Assembly (NCBI RefSeq): GCF_006345805.1
Contig: NC_043026.1
Span: 496,001-560,000, forward strand
Source: Octopus sinensis
Lineage: Eukaryota
Length of the DNA: 64,000 nucleotides
Direction of reading: 5' to 3'
The translations under genes and the position numbers were made by a program. Positions 52,986 to 64,000 of the stretch are shown here, one piece after another (position 1 is the first letter of the stretch; each line of letters opens with the position of its first letter). The notes below the pieces were generated by a model. It was not told where the DNA came from, searched no databases, and worked only from the letters and a program-made list of their open reading frames with translations.

Positions 52986-55027
52986 TTTTATCCTACCCGT
53001 AAATAGATCTTCGTCAGCAAGTTTTCCAGATATTTGGTCAACGAGACAGCCTGCTCATTGTATTCATATGTGTTACTGCAGAGACGCAAATACACCTTGT
53101 CTTTGGATATAAGTGACAGTAATTCCACAAACATGTTTCTTGAACTTAAATCTCGGCGGAAGAACTGCGAGTCAGAGTATAGCAAGGTTGTTCATTTAAT
53201 TACAGATACAGTCTCTCCGGTAGACTTCTAGACAGTCTGTTCAATATTCATAAGAGCTGAATTGACCCTAGGTTACGCTAAATGACATCTGCTCAAAAAT
53301 GCCACACAATAGAATCGAACGCAGACCTCTTGGTTGTAAAACAAACTTCTTAATCATCTGCGCCCATTATGTATAGTACATAGGTACAGGAGTGGCTGTG
53401 TGGTAAGTAGCTTGCTTGCCAGCCACTTGGTTCCGGGTTCAGTCCCACCTTGGGCAAGTGTCTTCTACTATAGCCTCGGGCCGACCAAAGCCTTGTGAGT
53501 GGATTGGTAGACGGAAACTGAAAGAAGCCCGTCGTTTTTATAGGTATGTATATATATTTGTGTGTGTTTTTGTGTGTTTGTGTGTCTGTGTTTGTCCCCC
53601 CAACATCATTTGACAACCGATGCTGGTGTGTTTACGACCCCGTAACGTAGCGATTCGGCAAAAGAGACCGAAAGAATAAGTACTAGGCTTACAAAGAATA
53701 AGTCCTGGGATCGATTTGCTCGATTAAAGGTGGTACTCCAGCATGGCCGCAGTCAAATGACTGAAACAAGTAAAAGAGCAAAAGAGTACGTCAATTATCT
53801 TCCATACTTGGATATTTTCTCGAATATCTTTCATGCTGTGTTTTTCATCAGAAGTGATCAAATTGTCTATCAAAGACTCTTGCCCCTCATTTTATAATTA
53901 TGTCCAGTTATATCCAGAAACTTTAACTTTCTCTCTTTGTTTGTCTGGACATTTATGTCCTCAATGATTGTGGCCAGGTTGTTATTATGTATGGTGTTTT
54001 TTTTTTAATGTTTATGTCTCTTGTCTGGTTTCACATCGATTTCTTCGTGTCTGTGAATACGTTCGGTCTGGGCAGCACCAAAGAAGATGTTGTCGATGCT
54101 TCGTTGTACTGGTTACAAAGTCTGGACTTGATATTAGCCGAATGTTTCAATATCTTATTTTTATAGTGATTTATGGCTAGCCTTATGTCGTGTTGTGAAG
54201 GTGCATGGCTCAGTGGTTAGACGGTCGAGCTTTCGATCGTGAGGTTTTGAGTTCGATTCCAGGACCGGGCTGCGTGTTGTGTTCTTAAGCAAGACACTTT
54301 ATTTCACGTTGCTCCAGTTCACTCAGTTGTAGAAATGCGTTGCGACGTCACTAGTGCCAAGCTGCATCGGCCTTTGCCTTTCCCTTGGATAACATCGGTG
54401 GCGTGGAGAGGTGGGAACTAGTATGCATGGGCGACTGCTGGTCTTCCATAAACAAACTTGCAGGGACTTGTGCCTCGGAGGGTAACTTTCTAGGTACAAT
54501 CCCATGGTCATTCATGACCTAAGGGGGGTCACCCCTTCACCCTACGCCGTATTGCAGCTTAAACCAGTTTTCTGTTCAAAATTGGCCGAGAGCTTTTTGA
54601 AACATTGTTCTGATTTTCTTCAGTTCTGTTGAGTCTTCCAGTGTATTGTCTATGTAATAAATTTTCTCTCCATTTTCCCTGTAACATATTTTGAAATGCT
54701 CTTTATATCTTTCTGTGTTTCTTTTTTTTTTTTTATAAACTGTGCTATTTTGCTTTTCATTATCTAAATATTTTTCTTGAATGCATTTTCTTTCTAGTTT
54801 GAACTCCGTTGTACCCTCATATATATGGATACATGTCGTAATAAAAACTACAAGTCTTCTTAAATACAGCTACCCAGGTTTTCCTGGACGATATAACAAT
54901 TTATTTCGCCATGTATCAAGTTGAAAACAAGACCGTTTTTCAGTTGCCTTTTATATCAATATCAATATCAATATATATATATATTATATATATATATTAT
55001 ATATATTTATATATATATACATATATC

Positions 55028-55157
<130 letters not shown>

Positions 55158-55196
55158 ATCAATATATCTATAAATACCCATAATATAATATATATA

Positions 55197-55246
<50 letters not shown>

Positions 55247-55395
55247 GTACACACACATATATATATATTATATATATAATATATATGTTATATATATAAT
55301 ATATATAAATGCAATATATTGTATATATGCATATATATATATGTATATATATAATATTATATATATATATGTATGTGTTATATATATAAAATATA

Positions 55396-55454
<59 letters not shown>

Positions 55455-55617
55455 TGAAAGTCTAATTCACACCAATATTTTATCTGTAATTTATTCCTGG
55501 TCGTTCGTCAAATTTAGTCAGGATTAGTTGTCAGTCTCGTCTGAAAGCTTATGCATGAAGTGTTTAAATTGTAATTAACAATTAACCATGTTTTTAATGA
55601 CTATATTATATACTCAC

Positions 55618-55815
55618 CCTGTTCACATATCCATACTGGGCAGCAATGCGTTGGCATATATATCTGGACACAGCCGTTTACAATTGACGGTGCATTCGTG
55701 TGACATAATTTCTGACATACCAACGTACCGTCACGACAGGAACAGACTTCGTTGCATCCATCACGAATTGTGTCACCATGTTTTAAAGTGACGTTTTGGT
55801 GTTTGCAGTTAGCTT
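55618..55815 (-). CDS. Receptor gene exon: von Willebrand factor type C domain
   Basis: Acceptor tttttacag|AA, donor G|GTGAGT, 198 nt, phase 1-1. Translates ANCKHQNVTLKHGDTIRDGCNEVCSCRDGTLVCQKLCHTNAPSIVNGCVQIYMPTHCCPVWICEQ, with VWC cysteine spacing and the CCPxWxC end. Confidence 0.9.
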
Positions 55816-55959
55816 CTGTAAAAATATAAAACGGTGGAGTTTAGTGAAATATCTTTCCCAACTGCATTGACAGATAAAATAGAAAGACAGAGGGAAATAT
55901 CGACAATACATATATCTTTGCACATACTTGCATACACACAAACGCACTAAGACTCTATT

Positions 55960-56700
55960 CCTTAGATCGTAGGCAAGAAAGATATACCATAATATACATC
56001 TGGAAGATCATGGAAGCACTTGTTTCAAACTTTGGTATCGAGAGTTACACAAATACTAGAACTGGGCGCCACTGAATAGTGCAAAGGACTCCAAATTTGC
56101 CATCAAGATGTAGGACAAAGATACTGCAATATCCTGGGCTTCAGAGGTCCACAGCTCGTCAATATCCTCCCGAAGGACCTGAGAGACAAGCATGGGGTGG
56201 ATGTAGGTGTCTTCAAAATAAAGCTAGGCTTCTTCCTGTCAGGTGTCCCAGATGAACCAACTTCGCGGCAGGAAGTGCAGATGAGGGCAGCTGCATCAAA
56301 TTCTCTCATGCACCAAATGTCAATTGCTAAAAAGCATTCGTGAAACAAAATTATGTAGCAACACCAAATGGCGGTGCCCCAGCATGGCCACAGCTCGTGA
56401 GCTGAAGCTAGATGAAATAAAATAAAAAAATAAAATATATTTTGGACACCCAACAGGACGGAAAGCAAAACCTGTCAAAGGGTAGATTTTTTAAATTTTA
56501 TTTCATCTAGCTTCAGTTCACGAGCTGTGGCCATGCTGGGGCACTGCTATTTGGTGTTGCTACATAATTTTATTTCACGAATGCTTTTTAGCAATTGAAA
56601 TTTGGTGCATGAGAGAATTTGATGCCGCTGCCCTCATCTGCACTTCCTGCCGCGAAGTTGATTCATCTGGGACACCTGACAGGAAGAGGTCCAGCTTTTG
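55960..56700. mobile_element. CR1-like LINE 3' relic with an inverted duplicate of its tail
   Basis: IIYIWKIMEALVSNFGIES... on plus. ~56230-56435 is mirrored at ~56490-56690. Confidence 0.7.
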
Positions 56701-57089
56701 TAGAGTCAACGATCATCCAACAGCTGAGGGTATGAGACCCCTACTCTTTGTTTAGACATTTCTGCAAGAGAAGAAAACTCCTGACATAACACCTGCGACT
56801 TCATTTGCTCCCGTTGATATAGACTAGTACTGGTTCTATGTCAGGTCACCTGTGAGGTCCCTAATGAGGGCTACTGATAACATGGAACTAGAACTGGTTC
56901 TCTGTGAGGTTCCTTATGAGGGCTACTGGTAATATAGAACCCAGTTCAACGTGTTGCATGGTCGTGTAGTCGGCGACTAAAGCGGCACCTACCCTAGGCG
57001 AGGAGGGTTGCTAGAAACTCAACAGGACTAAAACAAAACCTGTCAAAAAGGACCGATGAACCTAGTGTAAGTTCTCCAACTATCTAGCT

Positions 57090-57781
57090 TACATTATCCC
57101 ACTGAATTTTTGAATTCCTTGAAGCCGTCAGGTGTACCTCCACATATTCTTACTCTTCAAGTAGGTAGCCATGTTATGCTGATAAGGAATTTAAATCCAT
57201 CGACGTTGTGCAACGGTACACGCCTTGTTATCACAAAATTACTTCCCAATGTCATTGGAGCAACGATTATGACCATCTGTGGTAAAGGTCAAGACTTCTT
57301 CATACCGCGAATTCCCCTTGTACCTTCGACTGCTGACTTACCGTTCGCATCCCTCAGAGTGCAGTTTCCGATTAGACTCAGTTATGCCATGTCCATTAAT
57401 AAGTCCCAGGGACAGTCGGTGTCTGTCGTTGGACTTTACTTTGCCGAACCATACTTTTCATACGGTCAGCTGTACGTTGGCTGCTGAAGAGTGGGTTGTA
57501 GGAACAGTTTACTTGCCTCCATCCCCCAGGGGAAAACTAAAAACGTTTTTTATAAGGCAGTTTTGTAGACTTGCCGTACTGGCTCCATATTTCAGTCCTA
57601 CGTTATTGCTGTTATAATTTTTTTTGCTTTCCTTTTTCACTCGATTGTTGTCGTAATATTACACGTGCGGTTCCCTTTAAGAGTTACTTAGGTGTTAGTC
57701 TTGCCATAAACCGTGAAAGGTTCTTAGTTTCTAAGCCTTTTCGAACTAACGCACACGGGCAACGCCGGGTACGCCTGCAAG
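57090..57781 (+). mobile_element. Helitron 3' fragment (Pif1-type helicase C-terminus and terminal hairpin)
   Basis: LNSLKPSGVPPHILTLQVGSHVMLIRNLNPSTLCNGTRL...QFPIRLSYAMSINKSQGQS. 3' end cgggcaacgccggg followed by ctgcaag|t, a degenerate CTAG. Confidence 0.85.
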
Positions 57782-57799
57782 TATATTATATATATATAT

Positions 57800-59735
57800 A
57801 GGTGTAAACATAAAATTAAATACAGACATGGACAAGAACATGAAACACCACAGAGACGACACAAGAACCACAGGACGGACATTCGAAGCCCTCAGTCCAT
57901 CAGTCAAGAACCAGATCATCTTAGCAATTTCGGCTGCTGATTAATCTTGAGATTGCTCCGATATGGCCAGCCCGCCAAGGGAAATCTAAGCCGAGCGCAT
58001 TAGATCCCCTGGGAAGAAAGCTTCTGAATGTTATACAACGAAAGGACGGAAAACGATCGAAGTACACAAACAAAAATACAGAATACGTGACACCAATAAG
58101 AATACAAAAACGTAAAAACAATAACGGTAAAAAATAAAAAATAACACAACAAAACAAACCAGGACGTAGGACAAGGGTCTTTCGACAGACGATTTGAGTA
58201 GGGGGCTGGCTTGTGAAGTTGTGCCTAAAGGCCACGGGGAGACGAACAAATCCGTGTTTGCTTTCTGAGGCTGCTGAAAACGAAAAAGAGCGCTCAACAG
58301 CGGCTAGCTGTCACGTGAGAACAAAAGACAGGAAAGGGACAGATGAAAAAGGGAGAGAATGTGGACGAGGGAGGAGGAAGAAGAGAAAGAGACAGATCGA
58401 GGGGGCTGGAGGTGAGAGAGATAGAGAAACGTAGAAGGGGGGGGGGGACGGATGGAGAGGGAAAGAACGGAAGTGGAATAAGGGAGGAGAGGGATGAGAG
58501 AGAGAGAGAAAAAGAGACAGATTAAGAGTCGTATCAAAGCTTGAGAAAAAAAATATACTTATCGTATAAGGACAATTGTGGATACGTAGCCGCCCGATTA
58601 TATAGGTAAACAGTTAAAATTAAATACAGACATGGACAAGAACATGAAACACCACAGAGACGACACAAGAACCACAGGAGGCGGGACATTCGAAGCCCCA
58701 GTCACAGTCAAGAACCAGATCATCTTAGCAATTTCGGCTGATTAATCTTGAGATTGCTCCGATTATGGCCAGCCCGCCAAGGGAAATCTAAGCCGAGCGC
58801 AATTAGATCCCCTGGAAGAAAGCTTCGAATGTATACAACGAAAAGACGGAAAACGATCGAAGTACACAAACAAAAATACAGAATACGTGACACCAATAAG
58901 AATACAAAAACGTAAAAAACAATAACGGTAAAAATAAAAAATAAACAACAAAACAAAACCAGGACGTAGGACAAGGGTCTTCGACAGGACGATTTGAGTA
59001 GGGGCTGGCTTGTGAAGTTGTGCCTAAAGGCCACGGGGAGACGAACAAATCCGTGTTGCTTCTGAGGCTGCTGAAAACGAAAAAGAGCGCTCAACAGCGG
59101 CTAGCTGTCACGTGAGAACAAAAGACAGAGAAAGGGACAGATGAAAAGGGAGAGAAGGTGGACGAGGGAGGAGAAGAAAGGACAGATCGAGGGGGCTGGA
59201 GGTGAGAGAGATAGCGAAACGTAGAAAGGGGGGGGGGGGGGGACGGATGGAGAGGGAACGAAAGGAAGTGGAATAAGGGAGGAGGGAGAGAGAGAAAAAG
59301 AGACAGATTAAGAGTCGTATCAAAGCTTGAGAAAAAAAATCTACTATCGTATAAGGACAATGTGGATACGTAGCCGCCGAATTATATAGGTTAAACAGAA
59401 AATTAAATACAGACATGGACAGAAAATGAAACACACCACAGAGACGACACAAGAACCACAGGACGGGACATTCGAAGCCCTCAGTCATCAGTCAAGAACC
59501 GATCATCTTAGCAATTTCGGCTGATTAATTCTTGAGATTGCTCCGATTGGCCAGCCCGCCAAGGGAATCTAAGCCGAGGCCATTAGAGATCCCCTGGAAG
59601 AAAGCTCGAATGTATACAACGAAAGACGACGGGAAACGATCGAAGTACACAAACAAAAATACAGATACGTGACACCAATAAGAATACAAAAACGTAAAAA
59701 CAATAACGTAAAATTAAAAATAAACAACAAAATTA
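57800..59735. repeat. ~790-bp tandem repeat, about 2.4 copies
   Basis: Units start at ~57800, 58605 and 59388 (aaattaaatacagacatggac...). They differ mainly by small indels. Confidence 0.9.
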
Positions 59736-60205
59736 ACAATCAAGTATGAGTCTGTCTTCTCTTTTTACATGTATACTTGTATATATATTTTGTACATTAA
59801 AACTTAAGATTTTTATTTGCTTATTTGAATCATTGTATGTTTGTCTGTCTCTTTCTCTGTCTCTCTCCCTCCATATATATGTGTGTGTGTGTGTGTGTGT
59901 GCATGTGCATAAATATATATACATTTTATCTTTTATCTAGTAGCTTGTTTTAGTAATTGGTTTGCATCCATGCTGGGACATGGCTTTGAAGGGTTTTAAG
60001 CAAACCAATCAAACCCACTTCTAATTTTTACAACCTGGTACATATTCTATTAGCTCTTTTACTAAATTGCCAAGTTATGAGTTGTAAACAAACCAATATG
60101 ACTTGTCAAGCACAGTGGTGGGAAACAAACACAGGTGCAAAGACACATACACACACACAGCTATACATACATACATAATATATATATACATATATAGATA
60201 TATAT

Positions 60206-60260
<55 letters not shown>

Positions 60261-60299
60261 TATATTATATAAAACATCGTCATCATCATCATCATCATT

Positions 60300-60840
60300 T
60301 AATGTCCGTTGTCCATGCTGGCAGCATGTTCGAAAGGTGCTTTTTACATGTCACCAGCATGAGTGGCAGTTATATGACACTGGCATCAGCCACATCTGTT
60401 ATTTCACTTGGCTTGGTGGGTCTCCTCAAGCATAGCATATCGCCAAAGGTGTCAGTCACTCGTCACTTTGTCTCATGTGTTCCAGGGTCTGCTTCTTCCA
60501 CAGGTTCTCTCCACAGTTGGAGATCGACACAGCTATCCTTGTCCATATACATCACATGACTATACCAGGAGCAGTTTTGTCTCTCTTGCACACCACATTT
60601 GATACCTCTTATGCACAACATTTCTCTTAAGATGCTTACACATTGCACACTGACATTACACATCCAGCAAAGCATGCTAGCCTCATTTCTTTCAAGTCTA
60701 TGCATGTCCTTGGCAGTCACAGCCCACTTTTACTGCCATGTAGCATGGCTGTTTGCACACAGGCATTATACAATCTACCTTTCACCCTGTGAGCGGGACC
60801 TTTGTTACCAAAGAGGTCACTAAACTTTGCCCAGCCTATA
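60300..60840 (-). mobile_element. RTE-clade LINE relic
   Basis: VKGRLYNACVQTAMLHGS...HRLERNEASMLCWMCNV, with an (ATG)n tail. Confidence 0.75.
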
Positions 60841-60844
60841 TATA

Positions 60845-61391
60845 CAGGGTTATTAAAAAAAAATGAACCGATTTCATTACGCAATATTTTAATAAGGAAA
60901 AGCAATAAAAAACTCCAGTTAAGTCACAAGTATTTACTCACAATCAAATTTTATTTCCTGTCTTACAAGTGTTCAATGTGGCCACCACCTGCAGCATGGG
61001 CAACATCAATGCAATAAGAGAATTCCTCCAGATGTGTATCTGCATAACATGATGCACTGAGTACTTCTTTGGCCGTCTGGTTGAATGCTTTAACAAAGTT
61101 TTTCCATTTTCCTTCTTTGTCAATATCTTCTGGAATCACCTCAAGCAAAGCAAATCTATTCTTTAGTTCCTTAATGAACTTGCTTTTGATATGCTGATAC
61201 AATCTTGGAGGAATTCTATTATTGCATTGATGTTACCTATGCTGCAGGTGGTGGCTACATTGAACACTTGTAAGACTGGAAATAAAAGTTGATTGTGAGT
61301 AAATACTTGTGACTTAGCTGGAGTTTTCTATTGCTTTTCCTTATTAAAATATTGCATAGTGAAATCGGTTAATTTTTTTTTAATAACCCTG
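60845..61391. mobile_element. Mariner-type MITE with ~175-bp TIRs
   Basis: cagggttattaaaaaaaa...gcaata mirrored at ~61215-61391, with TA flanks. Confidence 0.85.
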
Positions 61392-61833
61392 TATATGAAT
61401 GCATATATATATGTGTGTGCGGGTGCGCGTGTGTGTGTGTGTTGTGAGCATGCGTGTGTGTATGTATGTATATATATAATATATATAATATTATATATAT
61501 ATATATTATATATATATTATATATATATATAATATATATATATATATATTGTTATATTTCGGAATGGTCATTTTGCCAGTTTAGCCAATAAAAACACACG
61601 CACTATATATTTGGTGTTACTGATGAAACATAGATATACATATATAAATATGTGTACAGGTACGTGGGTATGTGTGTGTGCAAGCATATATACACATACA
61701 CACACACACACACATATATATACATACATATAGTGCGTGTGTTTCTATTGACTAAACTGGCAAAATGACCATTCCGAAATATAACAATATCTGTTTCAAC
61801 ACACGACTTCACATAAAAAATCTTGCACAACAA

Positions 61834-61892
<59 letters not shown>

Positions 61893-61941
61893 TTATGTAT
61901 GTATGTATTTAATTTAATATATATATATATATATATATATC

Positions 61942-61983
<42 letters not shown>

Positions 61984-63302
61984 TATATATATATATGTAT
62001 GTATGTATTTATATTAAAGATATATATATATATATATATATATGTAATGTACATACATACATATGTTTTGCATAAAAGAATGATTTTTGTCTCAATTAAA
62101 AAAAAAGAAAACAAATAAATTTGTTCTGCTTCATTTTTTAGACATTATCTTTTGCGAACCAACTGAAAAGAGAAATTGTTTCTCTACAATTTTAAAAATC
62201 AAATACAAAGTCGCACTTTAAGAATCAAATTTATTATTAACTTACACATGTCCCACCTGCACATAATACTCACATATACATGCACACACACACACAATTG
62301 CGGGTACAGTCTGATGAACATTAGATATACATATATATATATGTGTACAGGTGCGTGTCTATGTGTGTGTGCAAGCATATATACACATACACACATACAC
62401 ACACACACATATATACATACATATACATACACATATATACATAACATATATATATACATACATACATGCACATACACACAGACACAGATCACAGACACAC
62501 TCACATATGCACACGCGCGCGCACACACACGCACACACACACAAACAAAAGTACATACATATTTTGTTAAAAGTAATTTTTTTTTCATCTTAATGAAAAA
62601 AGGAAAAGAAAGAAATTTGTTCTGCTTCTATTTTTTCAGATATTATCTTTTGTGAACCAACTAAAAAGCTGATTTTCTACAATTCTAGAAGTCAAATATA
62701 GAAAGTCAGATTTTAAGAATCAAATTTATTAGTTACCTGCTATTTCTCACTTGCAAACAAATGCATCTGCATGCATACACACACATGTGCATACATATAC
62801 ACAAGTGCACACATGCACGCACGCACACACACACATCTCATCCATCTGTATTTCTGGAATTGTTTGTACAATCTCATAGGTGAAGCCCCAGCCAACTTGA
62901 ACATTACATATACATAAATATGTGTGTGTGTGTTTATAATTATATATTGTTTTCATTCTAACTGAATATAAAATCATACCCACACATATGCTTATTTTTG
63001 AGTGTGTACAATATACATACATATTCATGCATACACAGACAGATTGACAGACAGACTGAGAAATAGATAAACTGATTGATAAAAATAGTTAAACATACTT
63101 GTGTGTGACTGTATGCAAAACTATATACACCTGTATGACTGTTTGCATGTGTATATGGGTGTGTGCAAGTGTGTGTGTGTGGGGTGTATACAGATGGATA
63201 TACTGATAAATGTTTGTAAGTAAGCAGGTATGCATGTATGTTTGTATGTATATATGCATGTATGCATATATATAAATTTATGTACACATGTGTATGCATG
63301 CG

Positions 63303-63349
<47 letters not shown>

Positions 63350-63389
63350 GTATATATATGTATATATATATATATGTATGTATATATGC

Positions 63390-63422
<33 letters not shown>

Positions 63423-63844
63423 TATGCATACATACATATATATACATATATATACATACATACACACGCACACATATATATGTATGTATTACATATGTAG
63501 GCATATATACATGTATACAAGTATGTATATATATATATGCATATATACATTGCGTCCGTAGATAACTTAAAATTGTATGATGGATTGCCGTCAATTCATT
63601 CTCTCTTACCTGTTGTGTCTGCCTTCCAATTGCTGTTTTACTGAGATCTCCCTTTTTAGTAGAAGAAATAGCTATAACTCTTTGACTGCTATTCTAAATT
63701 CGGTATGTGGTAAGGCAATTCGTTGCTAAACCCTTTATGCTTAGTATTACTTAAATTTTCCTCGAATGAGGCTTTTACATGCCGAAGACTACTTGGTGTA
63801 ATTGATAATTATTCCAAATTAATAATTTCACCCTCATTATTATG

Positions 63845-63886
<42 letters not shown>

Positions 63887-64000
63887 ATATATACATACAT
63901 ATAGATATATACTATACATGCATACATACATATATGTATATTATTCTCAAACACTCAATACTATTGATAGTGACTTTGAAGTTTTGGCCAGCTAAGCCAT

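Noticed and set aside
52997-53164. 168-nt minus-strand open segment with splice-like ends
   Set aside because: It is open only as phase 0-0, which is incompatible with the flanking phase-1 exons, and has no recognisable domain.
57880-57990. Possible hammerhead in the 790-bp unit (CUGAUGA, GAAA and paired segments)
   Set aside because: The segment order is not a valid circular permutation, and stem II does not close at the core.

Overview
AT-rich, microsatellite-saturated metazoan DNA with one 100-N gap (19033-19132). The repeat families and intron style suggest an octopus (inference). (1) A head-to-head pair of paralogous secreted-protein genes. Gene A is on the minus strand (5'UTR exon ~9659-9741; coding exons 5167-5497, 2617-2794, 1062-1225; continues off the left edge). 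Gene B is on the plus strand (5'UTR exon in a tandemly duplicated ~700-bp block at 12.6-14.0 kb; coding exons 16660-16960, 17096-17274; later exons not found). Both encode a signal peptide, a 2-Cys PAN/Apple-like domain and an unnamed mollusc-type domain. (2) A minus-strand single-pass receptor gene that the ORF track largely misses. Five phase-compatible exons give VWC (55618-55815), a linker ending in a Cys motif (51520-51781, 47157-47347 with a GC donor), FN3 (33460-33798) and TM plus a Tyr-containing tail (29516-29673). The layout resembles Sas/'epidermal cell surface receptor'. (3) Many transposon relics: R4/Dong-type REL LINEs inside (TAA)n tracts, RTE, Tx1/L1, CR1-like, Tc1/mariner, Helitron/HINE, MITEs and tRNA-SINEs. 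(4) Several Penelope-type minimal hammerhead ribozymes, with essentially intact cores at 1676-1761, 24763-24853 and 25443-25530. Most ORFs in the supplied track are microsatellite artefacts. All alignments and folds were done by eye.
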